Source: Azolla caroliniana
Taxonomy: Eukaryota; Plantae; Polypodiophyta
Length of the DNA stretch: 64,000 bases
NCBI GenBank assembly: GCA_043228905.1
Contig: JBHGNT010000008.1
Span: 8,494,001-8,558,000 of the forward strand
Reading direction: 5' to 3'
A program made the position numbers and the translations under genes. Under the pieces are notes generated by a model. The model saw only the letters and a list, made by a program, of their open reading frames with translations, was not told the DNA's origin and did no database searches. Below, in pieces: positions 12,199 to 24,753 of the stretch (within the stretch, counting starts at the first letter, position 1; every line of letters starts with the position of its first letter).

Positions 12199-15100
12199 GT
12201 GGACACGAAGTACAAGATTTTGGACTGGAAGGTGAGGGCAGTTGCGGCACCCTTGCCGGAGGGCAGCGAGTTACGGATGAAAGGGGTCGCGTCGGACCTA
12301 AGTTTACGAGATCCAGCCGGCATAGGAGACCGATTCACCGACATAACGCTACAAGAGCTCAAGGTAGGTGGGGGTGGTTTTCTACTACCTGCGGAGGAGG
12401 ACCGGTTTCAGGGAATGCTCGAGAGGCACGGAAAGGCCTTCGCATCCTCGTTGGAGGAAATCAGGTGCGTAGACCCGACGATTGTGGAACCAATGGTGAT
12501 CTTCACGGTACCGTATGTATCGTGGAATCTCAAACCGATTCCAGTACCGAGAGCTCACATCCCGAAGCTGATGGAGCTGCTGAAACAGAAGGTGGATATG
12601 GGCATCCTGGAACCGTCGAGTGCCCCATATTCTAATCGGTGGTTTACCATGCCCAAGAAGAACGGCACGCTACACTTCATTCAGGACCTGCAACTGGTCA
12701 ACAAGGTGACCATTCGGAACGCAGGAATCAGACCGACCATAAATGAGTTCTCGGAGGCCTTTGCCGGAAGGTCAATTTACTCGGTCGGTGATCTGTACTC
12801 GGGATACGATCAGTTTCAGCTAGCTGTGGAGAGCAGGGACATTACGACGATGCGGACTCCTCTCGGCCTAGTATGGATGTGTACCCTTCCGCAAGGGGGG
12901 ACGAACTCGGTAGCCCACATGGTGAACGCAATGAGCAAAGTGCTAAGGGATTGTATCCCAGACATCACCATGCCATTCTTAGATGACATCCCGAGCAAAG
13001 GATGCCAGGTGGAGAATAAGGGCAAGACAATCGGACCGGACGGATGCCGGAAATTCGTGGCGGACCACGTCGATGACTGCGAGAAGGTGCTGCAAAGACT
13101 AGAAGGTGCGAGGCTCACCTTCTCCGGGGAAAAATCAGCCTTCGGTCAATCGGAGATCATGGTCGTTGGACACCTATGCAGGCCATTCGGTCGGAAGTCG
13201 TCGTCGGCCAAGGTAGAGGCCATCTCTGCGATGAAGCGCAACTGCAATTCGGTCACGGAAGTCTAGAGATTCTTGGGAGCATGGGCGTTCTACCATATCT
13301 GGATCCCGCATTACACCCACATCGTAGAGCCGCTCTATGGATTGATAAATAAAGGGCGTAATTTCGACTGGAGAGAGGAGCATATGGAGTCGGTCCGGAA
13401 GATGAAAGAAGCACTTGTTGTGGCGCCGACACTCAGGAAAGCAGTCTACGGTAAAGACATTCTGATTTACGTGACCATAGACACGAGTCCAACCGGAATA
13501 AGATGGGTGATCAACTAGGAGGATGAGAATGGCACAAGGTTCCCCATCCGGTTCGGTGCGAAAGTCCTCAGTGAACGACAACGAGGGTACGCCCAGGTTA
13601 AACGCGAACTCTGGGGTATCGTTTTGGCGGTCAAGGCCGACAAAGACTATCTGATCGGGACAGAGGTGATAATTGAGACGGATTGCCTGCCGATTCTCGG
13701 TATGGTTTCTAGATGCGCAATGTCGGACCTGGCAATGCTCAGGTGGATAGCGTACATCAAGTCCCTGAATCCGGAAATATGACACATTTCTGGAAAAGGC
13801 AACACCATGGTCGACATGCTTTCGAGGGCGAGATTCGATGATGAGGACAACATGGTTTCGGAGGACAAAGAAGTCGGCGTGGATTTCTTCAAGACGGCTT
13901 AGATAACAACAAGGGAGGGGAGCACTCCGACACTTAACGAGTTCGACGAGAGCAAGTACAACGGGGAATGGCTCCAGATCGGCGGGTTCCTGAAGACAAT
14001 GACACTGGACATGGTGTGGATGAAGGCAGAGACCAACCGGGTTTGGAAAAAGCGTACCGGTTCTTCCTATGGGATGGGTGCATATGGAAGCACCTGAAGA
14101 AGAGAAATGACATTCCGCTCCGGGTTGTGGCGAAGAAAGAGGAACAGGTGGAACTGCTGACGACGTACCACAAGAGTCCCTGGGCCGGACACCGCGGGAC
14201 GTGGGCCACATTCGAGAAGCTGAAGGGGAAATACTGGTGGCTAGGACTATACCGGGACGTGCATCAGCTCATGACGACCTGTGAAAGTTGCCAGATGCAC
14301 TCCATAGTCCGACATCGGGACGGGCTTCACCCGACCTACCCTTCGACGGTCCACTTCAAGTGGATGGTGGATCTGGTGACGATGCCGATGGGGGTAGGGC
14401 AGATGAGATATGTAGTGCTGGCACGGGAGGACCTGATAAACCAGGTGGAAGACCCCGAGCCTTGCCGAACAAAACGACCGCGGCCATGTGCCGATTTCTG
14501 ATCAAAGAAGTGGTATGCCGGTACGGGTGCGTAGGAAAGATCATAGCTGACCGCGAAGAACTGGACGCAGAAGAGGCTGAAGAGCTGTTTGACCGGCTAG
14601 GGGTTAAACTCTCGCTCAGCACAGTGTACAATCCGGAGGGGAACGGGAAGGTGGAACACGGACACAGGTCGATCGTCAAAGCGTTAGTGCGGGCATGTGG
14701 AGGCCAAGTCGGAAAATGGCCGCGGCTCTTACCCTATGCGTTGTGGGCCGACCGAACTACGCATAGTTCGGTAATCGGGTTCATGTCGGCGGAGCTGATG
14801 TACGGGCAGAAGCCGGTCATGCCAATGGAGCGAACGATCTCCTCATGGGCCATAGTGGACTGGAGAGACGAGATGAGACGGGAGGAGCTGTTAGCGGCGC
14901 GGATCCGACAACTCGAGCGGAGGCCAGAGGATGTGGAAGGAGCCGCGGAAAAGCGGCGGGCCGCGAGGGTAAGGAACAAGGGACGATTCGATAGGACTCA
15001 CCGACTAAGGCCGAAGAAAATGGAGGAAGACGACTAGGTTCTGGTATATGAAAACAACCTCGATAACCAGCACAAGGTGATGCGGAAGTTCCCAAGGAGG

Positions 15101-15307
15101 TGGTTCGGGCCTTACGTGGTGACAAGCGCCAACGACAATGAGACCTACCATCTCGCGGAGCTTGACGGAAGGAGGATTGCAGTACTAGTGGCCGGGAAAA
15201 GGATCAAAGTGTTCAAAAAGCGGCACAAGGAGGAATTGGACCCGGATGACTTGGATTGTGAGGACGACCAGTTCGGGGCGAATGGCGGTTCGGAGGATGA
15301 AGGGTAG
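12199..15307 (+). pseudogene. RT-RNase H-integrase of A
   Basis: LPQG and FLDD RT motifs, DTSPTGI RNase H, GHRG/CESCQ integrase zinc finger, WFGPY module. Confidence 0.9.
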
Positions 15308-15380
15308 GCGCGGGCTGGTCTTCTTCGGCGAGAGTCTATTTAGGCGCATACCGGTGGATGCGCGGTCAGGTGGGGGAGGA

Positions 15381-15876
15381 CGTCGTGGATAAAACCGTCC
15401 CTAGGCGGAATCGGAGAATAATGTGCGCGAACTGGCCCTTATACGTAGGCACAAGTTTTGTTGTAATATATATATTTAGGTACTAGTCGGGAGATGTGAA
15501 TATCCTAGGTAGCACGCATTTGTTAGGTAGAAAATCAGGGCAAATCTCTGTCCGAAAGGAGAGAGAGTAAAGATGATGTGATGGGTTGTGACGGCCTCCC
15601 TCCTTGGGCTATAAAAGAGAGGGAGAGGAATTGTAATGGGGATCGCGGTTGTCGAGGACGAAGTTGCTGTTGGATTGGGACAAAGCTCTTCTCCTCCGTC
15701 TCTCTCTGTGTGTTTGTGTTGTGCAGGTTTTCAGGAGGCTGACTCTCCTCCGCGGAATGCCCGAGTGCTTCCGGCAGAGTTTCCATCTTGCGTCTGTGTG
15801 CGTGTGTGCGTGTAGGCGTTAGTGCTTGTCGCTCATCGGTCCACTGGTTGTAACCCCATTCTACACGCACGCGACA
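15381..15876 (+). repeat. 3' LTR of A
   Basis: (C)GTCGTGG...GCGACA, directly after the PPT. Confidence 0.9.
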
Positions 15877-16028
15877 ACGTACTGTGCTTCACGATGAGGC
15901 TTATGAACCAGACCCTGAGTCGATATAAGAGTTAAGTAGAGCAGGGGCGGCGTTCAAGAAGGAAATTTCACGACGAGTCGCTGCCTCACCCCTAGACGAA
16001 GTTAACGTAGGTACGGCATCAGAGTTAC

Positions 16029-16586
16029 TGTCAGGAACTGCACGCTCCCTTTACACAATGCTCTGCCACAACCGAGCTTAGAATCATACACAGAAAACGG
16101 GAAATAAATGCACGACACAGTGAAGAGAAGAGTACATAGGATGTTTACGTGGAAAACCCAAACTAGGGAAAAACCACGGCAGCCCACAGGCTGCAAACTA
16201 TCACTATGTTAGAATGTACAACAGTGAGTTCACGGAAGCAACGACCTCGTGCTCACGATCTTTGCCACAGGCGGCGGTTTCAACAGAGGCAACAAACTCT
16301 TCCTCTCTCTCTCTCACTCTCTGTACACTGTTACGCACTCTGGTCTTGCGTAGACAACAATAAAATAAAATTACTAAATGTTTGCCCTAAGTCATATTTA
16401 TACTAATATGAATTTTCGGCTATTTACAAATATAGCCACGATGGACTCTCAGAAACATATTTACGAATATGTCTCTTCATCCGGTGAGCACTTCTCACCG
16501 GGTCTGCACCATCTGGCTCTCCGTAGCCGGGTACTCGTCATCAACACTGTTCTCCCTTCCCATCCGGAGGGACCTATCTCCCAACA
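16029..16586 (-). mobile_element. Solo LTR related to the Copia G LTR
   Basis: Perfect 5-bp TSD GTTAC; minus strand starts TGTTGGGAGATAGGTCCCTCCGGATGGG like 57996. Confidence 0.9.
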
Positions 16587-16958
16587 GTTACTACCGGATA
16601 AGAAAGAGGCGATGATAGCACTGCTCAGGAAGTATAAAGATGTGTTCGCTTGGTCCCACGAGGACATGAAGGGATTAGATCTGAAGTTCTATCAACATAA
16701 GATCAATTTAGCGATCGATGCGAAACTAGTCCAGTAGCGTTGATACCACATCAATCCAAATTACGCGGCTCACGTAAAAGAGGAAATTGACAAACTTCTT
16801 AAGGCCGAATTCATTCAACCAGTCAAGCAAGCTACATGGCTAAGCCTAATAGTAGTCGTACCAAAGAAAAATGGAAAAATACGTGTGTGCGTGGACTACT
16901 GGAAATTGAACGTTGTAACCACTATGGACGCGTCCCCTTTACCTTTCACCGACAATGT

Positions 16959-18079
16959 TGTCGTGAAGATCCGTCACTACGTGTGGATTGCGAGGCAGAA
17001 CCATCGGGGTTTTGGACAAGAAGGATTCGAAGTTGTACTAGCTTTAGCGAGAAAGGAATTAAGATAGATTGGAAGAGAGAGAGATTAAGATAAGATAGAA
17101 TGCTTGATTTTAGATTGAGAGAGCTTAAGATTGGACCCTTGACTTTAGGTTTAAGAAACAAGATACACCATCAATTGGAGAACAAATTTTCTTCTTCTTA
17201 AATTCTTGAGTCATACCTAGCCTCCTTTTGATCTTTTTCATCGATCCTTTTATAGATGCTCCCATGTATATGATGCATGTGAGGGTACAAGACATGCATA
17301 CAATGCATGGAATTCATGTGATGCATGTTTGCCATTTGTCGCTCATGCATCACATGTCACTCAATCAAGCTCTAATATGAGAATTTATATGTAAAAGTAT
17401 AATGATAAGGAAAACATTTCTAAGGAAATGTCATAGCTTAATGGTAAGTCTATAGACTCTCAACGTGGGGGTGAAAGGATCAAGTGTTCACTTGCACTCC
17501 TTTTGAATATATATACATACATATATATACATATGTTATTATTATTATTAATGTATTCGTACAAGGTGTTTCTCCGTCTGGTCGCCGTCACCGGATGATG
17601 CCGTCGGTCGCCGGATCCATCACCGAACGCTGGACGCCGGATGCCGCCGGTTACCGTCGTTGGTCGCTGTTGCCGGAGTCGTCCAAAACCCATAGTTATA
17701 TGCATTTGGCTACATCCATTTGTTAATTCATACAACTTAATCTTTCTATGCTCCACACATAGACACAAAGATAATAGCTTTTTGCTCTGGCTTATATATG
17801 GTGGGATCTTTATTTGTGCTGTCTATGTGGGATATCACATATTTTTCTCTTCTTCTTTGGAAACTTCATACCCACATAACTTGATACTTAGATGTCCGTT
17901 TCGTACGTAGTAAAGTACATTGAGAAGCTCTTCAAGACCTTCATCTTTTTGCACCAAGATATTAAACTTATTTAAAATAGTATCTTTACTATTATTGTTT
18001 TAGATTTCGTGAGAAGAACCACACTCGATTTCGTATGATCCTTACAAGTTTCACATTATCACCGAAAATCTTCACGACA
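16959..18079 (-). repeat. 3' LTR of C
   Basis: TGTCGTGAAGAT...ATCTTCACGACA terminal inverted repeats; highly similar to 27493-28675. Confidence 0.95.
17434..17495 (+). promoter_or_regulatory. tRNA-like Pol III module in C LTR (second copy at 27968-28029)
   Basis: A box TAGCTTAATGG; degenerate B box GGATCAAGTG 43 nt later inside a GTGAA/TTCAC stem; TTTT follows at about 17501. Confidence 0.6.
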
Positions 18080-18151
18080 TCCACCCCCACCAAACTGCAC
18101 GTCCTCCGGTACATGCCAAGAAGAGAGAGTGCAAGATTTTGGAGAAGGTGA

Positions 18152-21100
18152 TTAATCAGATTCTTCCACGTCTTCATTCACATTCGCCCTATTACCTTCA
18201 TCGTCGAGGTAATCGAGGTCATGATCCTCGTCTTGTATTTTCTTGAAAATCTTTACTCTCTTTCCCGCAATGGGTATGGCCAACCTTGATCCATCTAGCT
18301 CCGCAAGGTGGTATATTGCATTGTCGTTGGCACTTATCACTATATACGGTCTGAACCATCTTCCTTGTTGTACTGTGTTGATTGTCAAGGCTGTTCTCGG
18401 AGACCAATACCCAATCTCCTTCTTCGATCTTCTTGGGACACAGTCGATGCATCTTGTCGAACCGAATTTTGTTCTTCACTCGGGTTGCCTCCAACATCTT
18501 CCGCGCTTTTTCTAGATCTTCAGGTCTCCTTTCAAGTTGCCTTATCCGTGCCGCTAATAACTCTTCTCGGCTCATCTCGTTCTCCCATGGTATCGCTACC
18601 CATGAGGTGATCGTCCTTTTGATGGGCATTAACGGCTTTTGTCCATACATAAGCTCCGTTGGCATATACCCCGTCATCGAGTTGTGTGTCGTTCTTTCAG
18701 CCCACAAGGCATAGGGAAATAGTCATGGCCAATTCCCTTCTTGACCGTTGCATGCCTGTACGATGGCTTTAACGATAGGTCTATGCCCTCGCTCGATCTT
18801 CCCATTCGTTTCTAGATTGTAGGTAGTCATGAGGGAGAGCTTCACGCCTAGTCGTTCGAAAAGCTCCGTTGCTTCATGTGCATCCAACTCCCCTCGGTCG
18901 ACGACTATCTTCCCCACACATCCGTATCGGTAGACAACCTCTTCAAGTAGAAATTTGCAAACACCTGACGTCGTCTTATTTGTCAAGGCCCGTCCTTCCA
19001 CTTGATTTGTCAAGTCTTCTCTTGCCAGAGCTAAGTACTTCATTTGTCCCACTCCCATTGGCATTGAGACCAGATCCACCATCTATTTGAAGTGTATGGT
19101 GAGCGGGTATGTCGGTCGTAGCTCATCACGATGACGTATATTCGAATGTACTTGGCATGTTTTGCATGTGGACACGAAATTGAGTACATCTTTGTACATG
19201 CTTGGCCACCAATACTTCTCCTTCAACTTCTTGAACGTCGCCCATGTTCCTCTATGACCTGCCCAGGCACTCTCGTGGAATTCAGTCATTAGCGTCACTT
19301 GCTCTTCTTTCTTCACCACCACTCGACGTGGTATTCCTGTCCTTCTTTTTGGGTGTCACGAAAGGAATCCTCCCTTCAAGAAGTATTGGTAGGCTTTCTT
19401 CCAGATTCGTAGGGCCTCCTCCTTCGTCAACGAAGCATCCGTCGTCATCGTTCTTAGGAATCTGCCAATTAGTAACCACTCTCGTTCGTACTCGTCCTTG
19501 TTGAAGTCTTGGAGGGTTAGCGTGCCCTTGTCTTCCATCAATAGTGGAGCCATCTTGAAGAAGTCGAGGGTGACGTCTTCATCTTCCGAAACCATGTCAC
19601 CTTCATTCTCAAATCTTGCCCTCGACATCATGTCAGCCATGGCGTTCTTCTTCCCTGCAATATGGCAGATCTCTGGGTTTAAAGACTTGATATAGGCGAT
19701 CCACCTTAGCATAGCTAGATCTGGTGTCGCACATCCTGAGATCATCCCGAGGATTGGGAGAGAATCTGTCTCGATTATTACTTCTGATCCGATCAGGTAG
19801 TCTTTGTCCATCTTCACTGCCGACACAATACCCCAAAGTTCTCGCTTGACTTGGGCGTATCTTTGTTGTCATTCGATGAGAACCTTTGCTCCAAACCGGA
19901 TGGCATACTACGCATTATCTTCTCCTTCTTGGTTGATGACCCACCCGATTCCGGTTGGGCTCGTATCTACAGTCACATAAATCGGCTTCCCTTTAGTATT
20001 TTCGGCCTTTCTTAATGTTGGAGCTTCAAGAAGTAGTTTCTTCAATCTTCGCATCGCGTTTGCGTGCTCGTCTCGCCATTCGAACTTCATTCTTTTCTTT
20101 AGCAATCCATATAAAGGCTCGGTGACATGGGGGTAGTGCGGAATCCAGATATGATAAAACACGCATGCTCCAAGATACCTTCGAACCTCTATTAGGTTTA
20201 TGCATTCTTCTTTCATATCTTGGATCGCGTTCACCTTGGATGGCGAAGGCTTCCGGCCGTATGCTCCGCACAAGTGACCTACCACCAAGATCTCTAGTTG
20301 CCCGAATGCGGATTTTTCTCCCAAAAATGTCAAATTCACATCTTTGAGCCTTTGGAGCACCTTCTCACAATCTTTCATATGATCCGCGATGAACTTTCTA
20401 CACCCTTCCTTATCTTTCGATTCATCTTTCTCCTCATCGAAACATCCTTTTATCGGAATATCATCCAAGAATGACATCGTGATGTTTGGGATGCAATCCT
20501 TCAAGACGTTGTTCATGGCATTCACCATATGTGCCACCGAGTTCGTTGCACCTTGAGGTAAGGTACACATCCGCACGAGCCCGATCGGAGTCCTCATGGT
20601 TGTAATGTCACGACTATCGATCGCCAATTGGAATTGGTCGTATCCAGAGTGGAGATCGCCAATGGAGTAGATGGACCGCCCCGCAAACGCTTCGGCAAAT
20701 TCGTCCACGGTCAGACCGATTCTAGCATTCCGAATTGTCACCTTGTTGACGGGTTGAAGATCTTGGATGAATCGCAATGATCCATTCTTCTTTGGCATCG
20801 TGAACCACCTTCTCCTTTAAGAGCTCAATCAGCTTCGGTAGGTGTGCTCTGGGAACCAGTATCAGTTTCAAATTCCAAGGTACGTGCGGTACCGTGAAGA
20901 TCACCATCGGCTCTATCGTCCTTGGATCAGCACATCCGATTTCTTGTGCAAAAAATGCAAAAGTCTTCCCATGTCGCGAAACATTCGCTCTTCTTCAGGG
21001 AGGAGGAAATCCTCCCTTCCAACTCGTAACTTTCCCTTCGTCTCTTCGGTGAAGATATAACCTATCATCTTCGGATCTCTTAAGCTTGGATTGTTATCGA

Positions 21101-21238
21101 CTTCCTTGATCTTTTGCCAGCTATCTTCCGGTAGCGGAACCGCAATTGGCTTGATCTTCTTATCCACTGTTTTATATTTTGTGTTGACTTCAACTTCCTC
21201 CATCAAGATGCCACGATAGTATTCATCGATGATAGCGT
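18152..21238 (-). pseudogene. RT-RNase H-integrase of C
   Basis: FIQDLQPVNKVT, LPQGATNS, FLDD, GHRGTWAT, WFRPY fragments. Confidence 0.9.
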
Positions 21239-21892
21239 TGTCGTGACGATTTTCGGCTACGGTGTGAAACCGAGTGAGATGAATAAACCAAGGATGTGCA
21301 ACATTGCACATACACTTAGCAAATAAGCCTCCTAAGGCTTAGTGGCACTTGAGCTCATACAGAGGGGTGCAAGCAAGGTTTGAACCTTGCACCTCTAAGA
21401 TACAAGATAATTGCCTTATCACTAGGACAACTATCATATAGTGTAGATTTAATTTATTTACTTTTCATATATGAATTCTAGATGAAACAACCATTAGAAA
21501 ACCATGTGCACAAAACCATGGTTCTAAACCCATGGTTTGTGCATGAAATAAGCAAAACCGTGTGCACAAAACCATGGTTTTAGCCCATGGTTTTGTGCAT
21601 GTCACAAGCATGGAAAGACCTATAAAAGCCTCTACTTGAGCTTGTGTAAGGGGCGGCTCAATATGTGATATCACCAACACCATTATCATCAATATAATTA
21701 TATTTGTCTTTATCTTCTTCATATTTTTCTACTTCTCAAATGTACAATCTTTCTTCTTCTCAAGTAAACCAATTTCATCTAATCTTACATTGATTGTCAT
21801 CTCTTCGATAATTCTGCAAACATCCTCCCCAGTCCAAGACCCCGGTGGTCGCTTGAGTAGCACAAGCACGCGGGAATCTTCGCGACATCATT

Positions 21893-21910
21893 TGGTGAAC
21901 CCGACGTGAA
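21893..21910 (+). promoter_or_regulatory. PBS, tRNA-Trp (perfect 18-mer)
   Basis: TGGTGAACCCGACGTGAA. Confidence 0.9.
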
Positions 21911-21931
21911 GAGCAGCAGGGGAGGACGAAG

Positions 21932-24037
21932 ATGGATGACAAATATCTCATGGAGGCAATGTCAAAAAGGATGATGGAGTTTCTAAGAGAAGGGAAAAGA
22001 AGAAATGAAGCCCAACAAGCTGTCGAGAGGGTAGTCAAGCAAGTGAGCTATTTCAACGGTGCCGAAGTCCAAAGTTTCCTAAAAGTCAACAATGTGGAGA
22101 TGGATTCAAGAGGTGTGGACGAAGCTATGAGGCTAGAGTACTTTTGTCGGGTGGTGTCTCAACCGATCTTCAAAGATGTAAAAGAGCTTCTAGAAGCTCA
22201 TGATTCGTGGGTGACTTTCGAGAAGGCTCTATTGGAGGAATATGGCTATGAGAGACTGAAGGGACGAGATCGACGCAACTTCGACCAATGGGTGACATCA
22301 GCGAAGACCCACCAAGGCACGACGCAAGCATTCGTAGACTTCGAGGATCATTTTTCTCAACTCTCGGAGCGGGAACAAAGATTAGTGGGGGTCGAAAAGG
22401 TCCTTATGTTCGTGAAGTCAATTGATCGAATGGAAAGGATGTCCATCTGCCTCAAACTCGAAGAAGATGATGGTGCAAATGGCCTCATCGAGGATTGGAG
22501 CAAAGTGAAAAGTGTATGCTGACTACACGATAAGGGGCGAGCGAGAATATCGACGACAACAAGACGGCCCATAAGGGACGATCGAAGAGGGGTGAGATGC
22601 AGCAACGCGCCACAAACAAAAGAAATAAAGCTTAAAAGGGAGACAAAACCGAGGCGAATGGTGATTGAGGAAGAATAGACCTCCCAACAAATGTGGTTTA
22701 ATGAAGTGGCCGATACAAAGGCTCAGGTTCGGTATGACGGTACCGTGAGAGAAAGTGCGAAACAAGTCACCTTCTTGTCTTACGAAGAAACGACGGCCAA
22801 GGAGGAGGCCGATGACTCGAGGACGGCGAATGCCACTTCGAGGGAGGATAAATGTTTCGGAACACGCATTGTGTACGAAACATCGGGTGATGAAGGTGCA
22901 AGCATGAGAAACGCTTGCATGATCGAGGGAGATAAAGTGTTTGAGTCTGAAGAGATTGAAGAGGTAGCCATGACAAACGACATCGAGTCGGAGGTGGCTA
23001 TGGACGAGTCGACAACGGATAGCCATGTCAAGACTTTATCCACACTTGTTCCAGAGACTTCGGTGGTTGCACCTGTGTGCCAACATGAGACCGGAGAGAC
23101 GGAAGGTGGTGACGGGAAGACGAAGGCCCAACACAAGGAGGAAGAAGATCGAGGAAGAAAGGATATCCCCACACCTATTCTAGAGACTTCGGCGGTTGTG
23201 CACGTGTGCCAACGTGAGACCGGAGAGACGGAATGTGTGGACGGAAAAGAGGACGACCGGAAGGGCGATGAGGAAGACAAGGTAAATGTGCATGAACGAA
23301 GGGATTCCTTCACACTGGTTCCGAAGACTTCGGCAATCGAGACCGTGTGTCAACATAAGACCAAAGATAAAGGAGGTGGCAGAGAGGAGACAATATGGCT
23401 CGAGGTGAGCATACACGGAGGGAAGGATGGGGTCGACGAGGAGGCCAAGGATGAAGCCGTGGTTGAGTTCAATGGAGAGGCGGCATGCGGGAAGGAAGGA
23501 AGAGTCGAGAACCGGTCGAACCGGAAGACGATCCGGCCAGGATTCTGGCCCGAACGATGGAAGATCCACATGGGAGCTGATCGATCGGGGGCCGACTTGG
23601 CCGAAATCGATCGGACAATCCCGATCCAAAAGGTGGCCGACTCGGCAGGAATCAATCGGTCGAGCCCGACTCGGCGAAATGTGAATGCAGACGAAGGCCA
23701 ACCGAGCCAAGAAGCGATTGGTGGAGACCGATCCGGACAAGGGCAAACCCGGCCTAATCGGAGATCGACACGAACGATCCACAATACCCAGTTGAAGACG
23801 GTGAGCGCGATGAGTGGCCAAGAGTCCAATCGAAGGACACGCGTGGTGTACGAAGGAAAAGTTGTCGGATCGACGACATCGTTCGATCGATCTACTACAA
23901 CCGACCGGGGAAGAAGGTGTGAGCGCCGGATATGGTGGATCGGGTGGCTACGGTGGTTCGGTTGGAAAGATTGGGCATACTCGAAGTGGAAGACGAAGTC
24001 AGACAAGGTCGACGAGCGTGCGGAGGAACTCGGCTGA
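21932..24037 (+). pseudogene. Gag with a long acidic, repetitive extension (about 700 codons, two in-frame stops)
   Basis: ORFs 21932-22522 (similar to A/C gag) and 22691-24037 are in the same frame; three TSxVxxVCQxxT repeats. Confidence 0.75.
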
Positions 24038-24246
24038 TCACCGTTGCCAAAGATCTCACCTCTTCACCTTTCTCGACACATACCGGAGGATGTGCGGGTT
24101 TGGTGGGGGTGGATGTCGTGACGATTTTCGGCTACGGTGTGAAACCGAGTGAAACGAATAAACCAAGGATGTGCAACATTGCACATACACTTAGCAAATA
24201 AGCCTCCTAAGGCCTAGTGGCACTTGAGTTCATACAGAGGGGTGCA

Positions 24247-24304
24247 AGCAAGGTTTGAACCTTGCACCTCTAAGATACAAGATAATTGCTTTACCACTAG
24301 GACA
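24247..24304 (-). promoter_or_regulatory. tRNA-like Pol III module in B LTR (also about 21372-21429 and, truncated, 57958-57995)
   Basis: TGTCCTAGTGG ... AGGT GCAAGG-TTCAAA-CCTTGC hairpin with B box GGTTCAAACC; 43-nt A-to-B spacing. Confidence 0.65.
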
Positions 24305-24753
24305 ACTATCATATAGTGTAAATTTTATGTATTTACTTTTCATATATGAATTATAGATGAAACAACCATTAGAAAACCATGTGCACAAAACCATGGTTCT
24401 AAACCCATGGTTTGTGCATGACATAAGCAAAACCGTGTGCACAAAACCATGGTTTTGTGCATGTCACAAGCATGGAAAGACTTATAAAAGCCTCTACTTG
24501 AGCTTGTGTAAGGGGGGGCTCAATATGTGATATCACCAACACGATTATCATCAATATAATTATATTTGTCTTTATCTTCTTCATATTTTTCTACTTCTCA
24601 AGTGTACAATCTTTCTTCTTCTCAAGTAAACCAATTTCATCTAATCTTACATTGATCGTCATCTCTTCGATAATTCTGCAAACATGCTCCCCAATCCAAG
24701 ACCCCGGTGGTCACTCGAGTAGCACACGCACACGCGAATCTTCGCGACAACGG

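Larger units (their letters stand above)
9308..15876 (+). mobile_element. Element A: full-length, mutated tRNA-Trp-primed Ty3/Gypsy element
   Basis: LTRs 9308-9934 and 15381-15876, PBS, PPT GGTGGGGGAGGA before 15381, gag-PR-RT-RH-INT order. Confidence 0.95.
21239..24749 (+). mobile_element. Element B: non-autonomous gag-only (TR-GAG-like) LTR element
   Basis: Near-identical LTRs 21239-21887 and 24114-24749, perfect Trp PBS, PPT TGGTGGGGGTGGA, no PR/RT/RH/INT. Confidence 0.9.

Noticed and set aside
13174-14211. Long antisense ORFs over pol and gag regions (also 22780-24006, 43666-44397, 60942-61724)
   Set aside because: Shadow frames of coding sequence with no recognisable motifs
21465-21722. 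Recurrent signal-peptide-like ORF MKKIKTNIIILM (also 24399, 57675)
   Set aside because: Recurs only because it lies in B-family LTR copies; length and frame vary with indels
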